A DNA stretch of 64,000 nucleotides from an uncultured bacterium (lineage in GTDB: Bacteria; Babelota; Babeliae; Babelales; RVW-14), in assembly GCA_963759805.1 (NCBI GenBank), contig CAVXAT010000005.1, forward strand, positions 67,585 through 131,584, given 5' to 3'. Below, piece after piece: positions 17,248-27,740 of the stretch. The first letter of the stretch is position 1. Each line of letters begins with the position of its first letter. Both the position numbers and the translations under genes were made by a program. Below the pieces are notes generated by a model. It had not been told where the DNA came from. It worked only from the letters and a program-made list of their open reading frames with translations, and made no database searches.

Positions 17248-19779
17248 TTAAACTGCACCTGTTAATTGTTTATTCAATAGTTCCAATTTTGAACTTAGCA
17301 TTAAAAGTTTTTGTTTGAGCATGCCCAGCGAAGTTTTAAGGCGTCTGAGGTTCATTTGTAATCGAAATTGTTGTTCAAGTCTCAGCTCTAATTGGGTTCG
17401 ATCTTTAAGCTTTTGATGTAATTCAAATTGATTTTTTTGTTGTTCAAACTGTATCCATTCGTCCGCTGTTATGACAGGAGTTTGTATCATTGTCTGTTTA
17501 ATTACAACAGGATTAAGTTTTTCAATAAAATCCTTAAACGACAATGTTGCTGATGGATTTTGGAGCTTGATGTTTGTTTTTTCACTTTGAAAAATATATC
17601 TTACTACAGGTAGCTGTGCATAGTAATCTGCGAGATTTAGTTCCGCCAAATATGTGAGATTAGCAGATTTCAGGTTGTTTTTATGTAATAATTCGGATTC
17701 TTTAAAGCGCCAAAGAGATTGCGATTTATCGGCAGGCAGAGTGGCCCATTCAAGGTTTAGATCTTTTGTTATATAGGACAAATTCCATGCTTTACCACTA
17801 AAATTGAAGGATATAGTTATATGCGTAAGAAAATTCTCTGATTTCGTTTTTGATTTTACTCTTGAGGTTCTAATAAAGGTATTTTGCAAAATTATTTGCT
17901 TCGTCTCTAGCTTTTTCTTGCCCAAAAATTTTTTAAATTCATCTTGATCATCCAAAATTTGGGAAAAATCATTGAAACCCTCAAGTTCTTTGATGAAAAA
18001 TGTTTTTTCAGATTTTCTATTTCGTAAGATTAAGAAACTATCCCGCAAAAAATTAAGTATTCCAGTTTCAGTAGTTGGTTCGCCTGCATTTGGAATATTT
18101 ATTTTGGCAAAAAGGTTAAGACTGTCACCTCTTTGCATTGAAATAAATTGTGGATAGACATAAAAATTTTTTTCTACTGGATTGGCGCTATAAACTGTGT
18201 TAAAGCATGAAATTGAGGGAAAGTATTTATAAAGATTAACAAGCCATCTAGATAAATTGTTTTGATACAAAATTTTGGTGTTTAGTTGGGTGTTCGGAAT
18301 TATATTGATATTGGCAAAAACAATTTCTGAATATAACAGTAAGGCTAGCCTCTGCTTAATGTCAAGTGTTCCAGCTTCTGCAAAGTACATTTTTTTTAGG
18401 CGATCTATTATTACTTTCTTAGTTTGGGGTGTTTTTCCCATTGTATCCTCTATTTCCACCTCCTCCCCCTCAATAAGTTCAGGTTTTGCTAAAGTCTTTA
18501 TAATTCTAGCGTCAGTTATTTTCTCAAAATTAAATGTCTGAAACCAGCCAACTTCCGGAATCAAAATTTGAGAGATACCGTTGGGTCCTTCAGGGAAAAT
18601 ATACCATGAAGGAGGTAATGATAATTTTTCTAAAACTCCCTCAAGCCCGCTATTTTTCTCTAACCTTTTAATTTCTGATTTTATTACTTTGGGAGGTTCT
18701 GTGGTTTTAGATTTGATTGTCTTTATTTTATCGCTAAATGACTCAGTGCTATCTTGAAATTTCTCTATAGCCTCAAAATATCCATTAAAATCAAGCCCAC
18801 TGTACCCCTTGGGGTTAACGGGAAAGGTTCCATATGATGGTGCATCTGTGATAGAATCAACTATGAAAAGATACTTTATTCTTATTGGTATATAGTTTTT
18901 AACTTGTATTAGATCTAAAATTTTTCCGCCAGAATAGCACGAGAGGAGTCGTACGGATTTAGTGTTAAGCTTATCATTGAAAAAAATTAGCATGTTGGCC
19001 ATATCCTCAATCGACATGCCAGCTACAGTAAACTTTTCCGGTTCAATATAAATTTCCCCCACCTTTTTTCCTGGTGAGTAACTGCCATGTCCATTTATGA
19101 ATATGTTACATGGCTGCAATAAACTTAATTTTTCATAATCTTCAAGTGGTTTAAAAATTAAAGATAATTGAGTAGGATCAAATTTTTTATGAATGGTTGT
19201 TTCGGGTGCTTTCAAATCTTTTATATCAGTATTTGTGTCTTTAGCGTAAGTGATATACTTCATATTTTCATTAGACAGCAATCTTTTGGCCTCAATTGGG
19301 ATGTCTTTTGCCCAAGGTATTATTGGAAAGTCTTTATTCCCTTTGCCATTGTATTCGTCGCCAGCAGAAAGATTAATTTTGGTCCATAAAGTTTTATTAA
19401 AAATCGGATTGTCGTAATCTCTCGAAGCAAAAATAAAAAAATGAGTATTTTTAACCTGATAAATATCCCAGTCATTTAAGTCTATAGTTAGGCTATCAAG
19501 AAACGGATCTGGATTTTCTGTATATTTTCTCAGAATCATATTTTTTAAGACATAATTTGAAACGATAGTAACATGCGAAGTTTTTTTCGAGAGTGTACGT
19601 GCAAATTCTCCCGTTATGGCACCACGTTTTCCAGAGCCAAACCTTTCGCTATGATCATCAATAAAAAAAGCAATTCTAACTGGTTTAATATTTTCCTCAG
19701 CTGTGGGCACCTGAGTTTTTACAGCAGCAAAAATATTTGAACTTAAGATAAACACCAACAATACTACTATCTTACGCAT
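17248..19779 (-). CDS. large secreted protein with clan CD (caspase/CHAT/C80-like) His-Cys dyad, copy 1
   Basis: Signal peptide MRKIVVLLVFILSSNIFA; CNIFINGHGS...VRLLSCYSGG; C-terminal leucine zipper; paralogous to 57853-60359 and 61450-63927. Confidence 0.75.
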   Translation of the reverse strand: MRKIVVLLVFILSSNIFAAVKTQVPTAEENIKPVRIAFFIDDHSERFGSGKRGAITGEFARTLSKKTSHVTIVSNYVLKNMILRKYTENPDPFLDSLTIDLNDWDIYQVKNTHFFIFASRDYDNPIFNKTLWTKINLSAGDEYNGKGNKDFPIIPWAKDIPIEAKRLLSNENMKYITYAKDTNTDIKDLKAPETTIHKKFDPTQLSLIFKPLEDYEKLSLLQPCNIFINGHGSYSPGKKVGEIYIEPEKFTVAGMSIEDMANMLIFFNDKLNTKSVRLLSCYSGGKILDLIQVKNYIPIRIKYLFIVDSITDAPSYGTFPVNPKGYSGLDFNGYFEAIEKFQDSTESFSDKIKTIKSKTTEPPKVIKSEIKRLEKNSGLEGVLEKLSLPPSWYIFPEGPNGISQILIPEVGWFQTFNFEKITDARIIKTLAKPELIEGEEVEIEDTMGKTPQTKKVIIDRLKKMYFAEAGTLDIKQRLALLLYSEIVFANINIIPNTQLNTKILYQNNLSRWLVNLYKYFPSISCFNTVYSANPVEKNFYVYPQFISMQRGDSLNLFAKINIPNAGEPTTETGILNFLRDSFLILRNRKSEKTFFIKELEGFNDFSQILDDQDEFKKFLGKKKLETKQIILQNTFIRTSRVKSKTKSENFLTHITISFNFSGKAWNLSYITKDLNLEWATLPADKSQSLWRFKESELLHKNNLKSANLTYLAELNLADYYAQLPVVRYIFQSEKTNIKLQNPSATLSFKDFIEKLNPVVIKQTMIQTPVITADEWIQFEQQKNQFELHQKLKDRTQLELRLEQQFRLQMNLRRLKTSLGMLKQKLLMLSSKLELLNKQLTGAV

Positions 19780-20056
19780 TCCATTCTCCTTTTTAACAAA
19801 ATAACCCAAAATAAGTCTTGGGGATTTTAGCATTATGCAGCTGAAGAAATAAAGCTTAAGTTAGAAATTATTTTTTTTAGCGCATGTACAGGTAAAAATA
19901 GTTTACTTGAAATGTTTTTGCAGACTTTTTTTAAGTTTTACCTAAGCTTATTGAGCAGTTACCAACCCTGATTTAAATAACCTTGCTTTATTATTGCGCT
20001 TTGGTATTCTCCAAAAAGATAGCTTTATAAACCAAAATTACGCATATGGGTGAAAG

Positions 20057-21227
20057 ATGGAGAGACCTGTTGTTGTGTTGGTAGGTACAAGGCCGGAAGC
20101 ACTAAAGCTGCTGCTCTTGCACAAAAGATTGCAGGCAGAAGGTTTTTCGTCTCTTCTTTGTTCAACAGAACAACACTCAGAGCTCCTAAATCAAGTCTTA
20201 AAAATTTTCGATATTCTGCCTGATATTTCGCTTGGCATAATGAGACCAAACCAAGATCTATTCGACATAACCTCTTCAATCTTAACCAAATTCAAAGAAG
20301 TTTTAATTAAGCTCAATCCCAAATTACTGATAGTCCAGGGGGATACTACATCCGCCTTTGCCGCGGCATTATCGGCCTTTTATCTAAAAATTCCCATAGC
20401 CCATGTTGAAGCCGGGCTAAGAAGCGGCAACATGTATGCTCCTTATCCTGAGGAGTTAAACCGTACAGTAATCTCAAAAATTGCAGACTACAACTTTGCC
20501 CCAACAGCGCGAAGTTGTGCAAACTTACTAAACGAAGGAGTTGCCAGAGAGAAGATATTTTGCACGGGCAACACAGTCGTTGATTCTCTATTCTGGATAA
20601 GAGATAAAATAAGTTCCGGACAGATAAAAGTAGATAAAAATTTAGTTGAGAAAGTTGCAGAATGCAAAAAATTAAATACAAAAATTGCGCTACTCACAGC
20701 CCATCGACGAGAGTCTTTTGGCGGCGGGCTTTTGCAAATATTTAGATCCATCAAAAAATTTGCACAGGGCCACAAAGACTTATTTATCTTTTACACTTTA
20801 CATCCAAATCCCAATGTCATTGCAGAATTTGAAAAATCAGGGTTGGGAGAGCTTGAGAATGTTTTTGTTAGTAATCCACCTGGGATACACGGAACTTGTG
20901 TATCTCTTAACAAATTCATCTTTTGTTATAACAGATTCTGGCGGAATTCAGGAGGAAGCGATGAGCTTGGGAAAGAGAGTAATTGTACTTCGAGATGTCA
21001 CGGAAAGAGTTGAAGGGTTATGGGAAGGACTTGGAAAACTTGTGGGAACAGATGACCATTTAATTAATCAAGGATTGCAGACATTTTATTCAACAGATTT
21101 TCAAGATAAAACATCGACGGTTTTTGGTGATGGGAAAGCGGTCGAACGAATCTGCAATATTTTAAAAGAAAAACTAAATATGACGGAAAAACGAACAGGA
21201 AGAGTTGTTATAGGCACGAATGGTTGA
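20057..21227 (+). pseudogene. wecB: UDP-N-acetylglucosamine 2-epimerase, frameshifted (real or assembly error)
   Basis: GTRPEALK, QGDTT, HVEAGLRS, PEELNR in one frame; TDSGGIQEEA and FGDGKA in another. Removing one C at about 20880 restores SNPLGYTEL. Confidence 0.85.
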
Positions 21228-21232
21228 GGAAG

Positions 21233-21307
21233 TTTATTAATCCATGGATCCTGAAATAAATTTCAGCCGTCGCACCTGGAGTGCTATGGCCGACAGGCAG
21301 GATGACA
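21233..21307. repeat. ATCCATGGATCCTGAAA..TTCAGGATGACA palindromic element interrupted by a second element
   Basis: Outer element matches 29132-29164 and 54357-54396; inner gccgtcgc..gctatggccgaca matches 644-673. Confidence 0.75.
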
Positions 21308-21323
21308 TAAGCGGGGAACACAA

Positions 21324-22631
21324 ATGAGACGCATTTCAGTTGTTGGACTAGGATACATAGGATTGCCAACTGCAATTCTTGCTGCCCAATCTGATTTTGA
21401 AGTTTTTGGCTTTGATATCGATCAGGAAAAAGTAAAAAAAATAAACGCTGGGCAAGCTCCAATCGTAGAACCCGGTATGACCGAACACTTATGGAATGTT
21501 TTGAGTAAGGGAACATTTAAGGCGTTCAAAGATTTGCAGTATGCGGACTGTTTTGTTATCACAGTTCAAACACCAATCAAAGAGAATAAAATTGCAGATC
21601 TGAGCCACGTTTTTGCGGCGGGAGAACTGGTTGCCAAAAGACTCATGCCCGGCAACTTGGTCATACTGGAATCAACCGTTCCGGTTGGAACAACAGAGGC
21701 ACTAGCAACACAACTTGAAGAAATATCAGGGTTAAAACTCGGAATAGATTTTTTTGTGTCACACTGCCCTGAACGCGTAATTCCGGGGAAAATACTAAAA
21801 GAGTTAATAGATAATGATCGCGTAATTGGCGGAATGTGCGACAAGGCTTGCAAATTATCCAAAATATTTTATTCAAAGTTCGTAAAAGGTTTTTTACATA
21901 TCACTGATGATAAAACTGCTGAGTTGGTCAAACTGGTTGAAAATAGCTGCCGCGACGTTCAAATCGCATTTGCAAATCAAGTTGCGGCAATGGCCATGCA
22001 TGCAGGCGTTAATCCTTTTCAAGTCATAGAATTTGCCAACAAACATCCACGTGTCAAAATACTGTCTCCGGGAACGGGAGTCGGTGGGCACTGCGTAGCA
22101 GTTGATCCATATTTTTTAATTGAGGGCTTTCCTGATCATACTGCACTTTTGCAAACAGCAAGACAGGTAAACAACGACAAACCTTCCCAGGTCCTTAACC
22201 TGATTTTAGAAAAAATTGAAGGCCTAAAAACACGCGGGATTGAAAAGCCAAAGGTCTGCGTTTTGGGGATTACATTTAAACCAAATGTAGATGATATACG
22301 AGAATCTCCGTCTCTCAAAATTGCACTTGAATTAAATAGAAAAAAAGATTCTATGGATCTGTGTATATTCGATCCCAATATCCCGGCGGCAACCATGCAA
22401 AAATTGGGCTTAAACCCAAAACTCGATCTATTCGAAATATTAAGCGATTCTGATTTGATCGCAATTTTGGTTAAACATAAAGAATTTGAATTTTTACCAG
22501 AGAGTATTTTTGATGGCAAAGTAATAATAGATCCATGTGGTCTTCTGTATGATATGCATATGAAAAAATCCAAAGATCTTTTAAGTGGGTTAATGCGCGT
22601 TAAAGAAACGCTTGGGCAACTAGGAATTTGA
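21324..22631 (+). CDS. wecC: UDP-N-acetyl-D-mannosamine dehydrogenase / nucleotide sugar dehydrogenase
   Basis: VVGLGYIGLPTA, ILESTVPVGTT, HCPERVIPG, KLVEN, GVGGHC, TFKPNVDDIRESP; follows wecB. Confidence 0.9.
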   Translation: MRRISVVGLGYIGLPTAILAAQSDFEVFGFDIDQEKVKKINAGQAPIVEPGMTEHLWNVLSKGTFKAFKDLQYADCFVITVQTPIKENKIADLSHVFAAGELVAKRLMPGNLVILESTVPVGTTEALATQLEEISGLKLGIDFFVSHCPERVIPGKILKELIDNDRVIGGMCDKACKLSKIFYSKFVKGFLHITDDKTAELVKLVENSCRDVQIAFANQVAAMAMHAGVNPFQVIEFANKHPRVKILSPGTGVGGHCVAVDPYFLIEGFPDHTALLQTARQVNNDKPSQVLNLILEKIEGLKTRGIEKPKVCVLGITFKPNVDDIRESPSLKIALELNRKKDSMDLCIFDPNIPAATMQKLGLNPKLDLFEILSDSDLIAILVKHKEFEFLPESIFDGKVIIDPCGLLYDMHMKKSKDLLSGLMRVKETLGQLGI

Positions 22632-22642
22632 AAAAAAATTAC

Positions 22643-24814
22643 ATGAAACAAGTTTTTTTGAAAAAAGGGCAGGTCAAGCTTTATCAAGTCGATATCCCAC
22701 TACTTAATCAAAACAGTATTTTAGTAAGAGTCGACTACTCCTTTATTAGCAGTGGAACAGAATTTGCAACTGTTGCAGCATCAGGCAAATCACTCTTTGA
22801 GAAAGCGTATTCAAATTTCAACCAGAATATGCAAAAGGTTACCGGAGCAATTAAGGATAACGGGCTTGCCGCAACTTTTGCCCTAATTCGTGAAAAACTT
22901 GATACGGTAATGCCACTTGGATATTCATGCTCAGGACAGGTTATATCTGTTGGGAAAAATGTTGAAGGTTTTTTCGTAGGCGATTATGTCGCATGTGCTG
23001 GATCCGGACATGCAAACCACGCAGATGTGGTAGTTGTACCCCAAAATTTAGCTGTAAAAATTCAAAATCCCGAGATGCTTAAACAGGCAAGTCTCACTAC
23101 CATTGGAGCCATCGCCCTGCAAGGAATCCGACGTGCAAATCTTGAGTTGGGTCAAAAAGTTTGCGTTGTCGGCCTTGGCTTGATCGGACAGCTAACATTG
23201 CAGTTGGCAAAACTCTGCGGATGCCAGGTTTATGGGATTGACATTCAAGAATCTCGTTTGAATTTGGCAAAAAATCTAGGCGCTGATTTTGCTTTTAACC
23301 CCGCAACTAGTAACATTATAAAAGAGATAGAATGGGCAACTGCAAATCACGGAGTTGACGTAACCATAATTACAGCTGCCGGTAAAGACGGACATATAAT
23401 CCAGCAAGCAATGCAAATGACTCGTCGCAAAGGAAAAGTCGTTCTGGTCGGTGACGTAAAAATTGATTTCGATCGTGACCCTTTTTATTCAAAAGAGATT
23501 GATTTTTTAATATCGTGTTCCTACGGCCCGGGCCGTTATGATGATGTTTATGAAAAACGCGGTGTTGACTACCCTTATGACTATGTTCGCTGGACAGAAA
23601 ACAGGAATATGGAACTGTTTTCAAAACTCGTTCAAGAAAAAAAGATTTTAATTGACCCACTTGTCTCACAAGAGTTTGATTTAAGCGGCGTTGAAGCAGC
23701 TTATCAGTCACTACAAACAAAAGAGTCGCTAGGTATAGTGCTTTGCTACAAAACAGCTAGAGAGAATTTAGAGCAAGAGATAGGCGCTAAGTTAAATCAA
23801 AATGAGCCCTGCGCAACCAGTTTCGTACCCAGCAACAGTATAAACACAGGTTTTATTGGCATTGGTGGATTTAGCAAAACAAAACTGCTGCCAATTATTT
23901 CTAAAATTAAAAATGTACAAATGCAAGCTATGGTAGATGCCAACTCAACAACTTTAATCAACGCTTCAAATTTGTACAAAGTCAAAAACACAAGCAATGA
24001 TTATAAAACACTGATTAATGACAAAACCATAAATGCCGTCATAATCGCAACACCACATTATTTGCATGCAGACCAGGCAATTGATTGCATGACCGCAGGC
24101 AAGGCAGTTTTTGTTGAAAAACCCGCAGCGGTAAATTATGAACAACTCGAAAAATTAAAGCTGTTTTTGAATAACAACAGAGACGTTCTTTACTGCGTAG
24201 ACTTCAACCGTTCTTTTTCGCCATTTATCAAAAAAATTAAAGCGACAGTCAACACCCGAAATAACCCATTAATCGTACACTACCGCATGAATGCCGGATT
24301 TATTCCCAAAGATCACTGGTTAAACTCTCCCGATAATGGCGGCAGAATTATAGGCGAAGCTTGTCATATTTTTGAACTGTTCTGCTTTTTAACAAATTCA
24401 GAACCGGTATCCATATCAGTTGAATCAATTAACTCAAATAATGATTCAGTTAAATCGGCTGACAACTTTGTTGCACAAATTCGCATGCAAGACGGATCCT
24501 GCTGCTCCCTACTTTACACATCAGTTGGAAATGCAGAATCAGGAAAGGAACGAATGGAGCTCTTCTTCGACGGAAATTCAATTATTATGAACGACTTTTA
24601 TGAACTTAATGGATTTGGCCTACCTAAAAATTTTGATATGCGTAGCAAAACCCAAGATAAAGGGCATGAATGTTTGTTACGTGAATTTTTTACCGCAGCT
24701 CAAATGCCAAATTTTCAACCACCTATCCCATTTGAACGAATCTTGCTGGCCACTGAAATCAGCTTGATTGTCGATGGGCTTGTCAGGGATGGCGGTGGGC
24801 ACAGGCCATTGTAG
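22643..24814 (+). CDS. bi-domain oxidoreductase (Zn-ADH-like plus Gfo/Idh/MocA)
   Basis: ISSGTE, PLGYSCSG, GLGLIGQL, SYGPGRYD..YVRWTENRNM, VFVEKP, GGRIIGEACH; typical of polysaccharide loci. Confidence 0.9.
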   Translation: MKQVFLKKGQVKLYQVDIPLLNQNSILVRVDYSFISSGTEFATVAASGKSLFEKAYSNFNQNMQKVTGAIKDNGLAATFALIREKLDTVMPLGYSCSGQVISVGKNVEGFFVGDYVACAGSGHANHADVVVVPQNLAVKIQNPEMLKQASLTTIGAIALQGIRRANLELGQKVCVVGLGLIGQLTLQLAKLCGCQVYGIDIQESRLNLAKNLGADFAFNPATSNIIKEIEWATANHGVDVTIITAAGKDGHIIQQAMQMTRRKGKVVLVGDVKIDFDRDPFYSKEIDFLISCSYGPGRYDDVYEKRGVDYPYDYVRWTENRNMELFSKLVQEKKILIDPLVSQEFDLSGVEAAYQSLQTKESLGIVLCYKTARENLEQEIGAKLNQNEPCATSFVPSNSINTGFIGIGGFSKTKLLPIISKIKNVQMQAMVDANSTTLINASNLYKVKNTSNDYKTLINDKTINAVIIATPHYLHADQAIDCMTAGKAVFVEKPAAVNYEQLEKLKLFLNNNRDVLYCVDFNRSFSPFIKKIKATVNTRNNPLIVHYRMNAGFIPKDHWLNSPDNGGRIIGEACHIFELFCFLTNSEPVSISVESINSNNDSVKSADNFVAQIRMQDGSCCSLLYTSVGNAESGKERMELFFDGNSIIMNDFYELNGFGLPKNFDMRSKTQDKGHECLLREFFTAAQMPNFQPPIPFERILLATEISLIVDGLVRDGGGHRPL

Positions 24815-24916
24815 ACGCAAATTGCTGGAAATTCAAAGAAGTTATGCTATACTAGCCTGACTTTCATGCTGAATATATTGTATTAATAACAAATAGCTTA
24901 AATTTCAGAAGTTTTT

Positions 24917-25597
24917 ATGATAAAAAAATTAAAAATTTTATTATTTGGCTTAGCTTTAGTTTTGGCTCAACCTGCAACATTTGCACAAAGTGCTGAAAAA
25001 ACACAAACCGTAGATATTAAAGAAGAAACAGAAAAATGGCAGTTTATCGAAAAACATTTCGCCTCAGATTTGAATGCATTAAAATTTCAGCAAAAAATGG
25101 GTTCTTTTTGGGGGAAGCACTCTTCTTATGTGGCAGCTCCCACAGCCTGCGCACTTGCATCCTTTATGGCTCTACATTTAGATAAAAAGGATAGCATCTT
25201 CGCAAAACTAGATGACAAAATTCTTGATACAATAGGGTATGCTTTTAATATAATCATAAATAGAGACGATCGACGCTATGCAGCTCTTACGATTATTACT
25301 ATTGTAGAATTCATAATTATTTTTTTAGTTATAAAGACAACACTAAAAGCTATCGGCAAAAGACTTGAAAATAAAGATGAACATTGTCTGCAACTATTAA
25401 CAAATTTTTTAAACAACTGGGAAAAAAATAAAGCACAAACTCCAGCATCGTTAATACCCATGTTCGAAACATTGGCAACATACAATCACATATCACGAAA
25501 ACTCTTGCAAAAAACGGTTGATAAAGCTCTCGCAAAAAAGGTAGTAGACACCCTAATTGCAACTTCGTTAATATTCGTTAATAACAAATATTGCTAG
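24917..25597 (+). CDS. secreted/membrane paralogue array, member 1
   Basis: Signal peptide; EETEKWQFIEKxF and LQLLTNFLNNWEKNKAQTPASLIPMFE blocks. Confidence 0.85.
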   Translation: MIKKLKILLFGLALVLAQPATFAQSAEKTQTVDIKEETEKWQFIEKHFASDLNALKFQQKMGSFWGKHSSYVAAPTACALASFMALHLDKKDSIFAKLDDKILDTIGYAFNIIINRDDRRYAALTIITIVEFIIIFLVIKTTLKAIGKRLENKDEHCLQLLTNFLNNWEKNKAQTPASLIPMFETLATYNHISRKLLQKTVDKALAKKVVDTLIATSLIFVNNKYC

Positions 25598-25626
25598 TAA
25601 TTCAAAAAAATGAGAATTTCATCTTT

Positions 25627-26280
25627 ATGATAAAATTAAGAGTTTTTTTATTTAGTTTGGTCTTGGCTTTGACACAATTTACAATATTCGCACAAGACGA
25701 AATAACAAATTCAGAAATAACCAATACCAAATATGAAACGGAAAAATGGCAATATATCGAAAAATATTTCGCCTCAGATTTGAATACATCAAAATTACAG
25801 CAAAAAGTGGGTGCTTTTTTGGATAAGCACTCTTCTTATGTGGCAGCTCCCGCTGCATGCGCAATTGCGTTCTTTATGGCTCTCTATTCAAATAACATAG
25901 ATGATAACATTTTCGCACAACTAGATTTCAAAATTCTTGAGACAATAGAGTACGCCTTTAAGATAACCCCGGAGAAAGACGAAAGACTCTACGCAGCATT
26001 AGCGAGTATTATTATTGTGAGACTCATAATTATTTTTTTAATTACAAACAAAATACTAAAAGATATAGGCAAAAGACTTGAAAATGAATATAGGCCTTGT
26101 CTACAACTATTAACAAATTTTTTAAACAACTGGAAAGAAAATAAAGAGCAAACGCCAGCATCGTTAATCCCTATGTTCGAAAAATTAGCAACTGGTGATA
26201 ACATATCAAAAGTAGATGAAGCTCTTGCGAAAAAAATAGTAGATGCAATAATCACAACTTCGTTAATGAGACCTTTATGA
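25627..26280 (+). CDS. secreted/membrane paralogue array, member 2
   Basis: Same conserved blocks. Confidence 0.85.
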   Translation: MIKLRVFLFSLVLALTQFTIFAQDEITNSEITNTKYETEKWQYIEKYFASDLNTSKLQQKVGAFLDKHSSYVAAPAACAIAFFMALYSNNIDDNIFAQLDFKILETIEYAFKITPEKDERLYAALASIIIVRLIIIFLITNKILKDIGKRLENEYRPCLQLLTNFLNNWKENKEQTPASLIPMFEKLATGDNISKVDEALAKKIVDAIITTSLMRPL

Positions 26281-27071
26281 TGATAAAAAAATTAAAGATT
26301 TTGTTATTTGGTTTAGTTTTGGTTTTGACACAATTTGCAATATTTGCACAAAGTGAAGCCCCCAGTACAACGGACTTGGGTAATGAAGTAGAAATAACAC
26401 CTGAAATTGTAACGCAGGCGATTAACGCTGCCACACAAGAAACACAAATAACAGCTGTTAAAGAAGAAACAGAAAAATGGCAGTTTATCGAAAAATACTT
26501 TGCTTCAGATTTGAATACGTCAAAATTACAACAAAAAGTGGGATTTTCTTTAAATAATTACTCATCTTATATAGCATTTCCTACCACATTCACATTGTCA
26601 TGTTTTATGGCTCTCTATGCAAGAGGTAGTGGTTATGATAATATTTTCGAAAAACTAGATAACAAGTTTCTTGATGCAATAAAGTACATTACAAAGCTAA
26701 TTACAGATGCGCCAACAACATCCGACTGGGAGGCTGAAAGGAACGCTAGGTGTTATACCGTTGGGGGGATGGGTAAAGTTTTGAGACCCATAATTATTTT
26801 TTTAGTTATAAACAAAATACTAAAAGCTATCAGCAAAAAACTTGAAAATGAAGATGAACGCTCTCTGCAACTATTAACAGATTTTTTAAACAACTGGGAA
26901 AAAAATAAAGCACAAACACCAACATCATTAATCCCTATGTTCGACGCATTGACAACAGAAAACAATATATCACGAAAGCCCTTCCAAAAAACGGTTGATA
27001 AAGCTCTTGCAAAAAAGATTGTAGCCGCAATAAGTGCAACCTCATTAATAATGAGGAGTTCATTATCATGA
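26277..27071 (+). CDS. secreted/membrane paralogue array, member 3
   Basis: Same conserved blocks; ATGA overlap with previous gene. Confidence 0.85.
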   Translation: MMIKKLKILLFGLVLVLTQFAIFAQSEAPSTTDLGNEVEITPEIVTQAINAATQETQITAVKEETEKWQFIEKYFASDLNTSKLQQKVGFSLNNYSSYIAFPTTFTLSCFMALYARGSGYDNIFEKLDNKFLDAIKYITKLITDAPTTSDWEAERNARCYTVGGMGKVLRPIIIFLVINKILKAISKKLENEDERSLQLLTDFLNNWEKNKAQTPTSLIPMFDALTTENNISRKPFQKTVDKALAKKIVAAISATSLIMRSSLS

Positions 27072-27727
27072 AAAATTTAAAATTTTTTTTATTTGGTTTG
27101 GTTTTTGTTTTGACACAATTTACAATATTTGCACAAGATGAAATAACAAATACAGAAACAACAAATGTTAAAGAAGAAACAGAAAAATGGCAGTTTATAG
27201 AAAAATATTTTACTTCAGATTTGAATCCATCAAAATTACAAAAAGTGGGGCTTTCTTTAAATAATTACTCATCTTACATAGCAGTTCCTACCACATGCAG
27301 ATTGTTATGGTTTCCTGATAACATTTTCACAAAACTAAATATCCCAATTATTAATGCAATAAACGAAATTTTCTATAAAAACCTAAATATAAACATCGCA
27401 AACTATACTGAGTTTAGTCTTACTATTTTGGAATCTATAATTGTTTTTTTAATTACAAACAAGGTACTACAAGCTATCGGCAAAAGACTTGAAAATGAAG
27501 ATGAACGTTGTCTGCAACTATTAACGGATTTTGTGAATGGCTGGAAAGAAAATAAAGAGCAAACACCGGCATCGTTAATACCTATGTTCGAAACATTGAC
27601 AACAGACGATAACATATCACGAAAACCCTTGCAAAAAACGATTGATAAAGCTCTTGCAAAAAAAGTAGTCGCTGCTATAATTGCAACTTCGTTAATGATA
27701 GATAGTGCTAGTAATTCAAGAAAATAA
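27068..27727 (+). CDS. secreted/membrane paralogue array, member 4
   Basis: Same conserved blocks; ATGA overlap. Confidence 0.85.
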   Translation: MKNLKFFLFGLVFVLTQFTIFAQDEITNTETTNVKEETEKWQFIEKYFTSDLNPSKLQKVGLSLNNYSSYIAVPTTCRLLWFPDNIFTKLNIPIINAINEIFYKNLNINIANYTEFSLTILESIIVFLITNKVLQAIGKRLENEDERCLQLLTDFVNGWKENKEQTPASLIPMFETLTTDDNISRKPLQKTIDKALAKKVVAAIIATSLMIDSASNSRK

Positions 27728-27740
27728 GGAGTTTATTATT

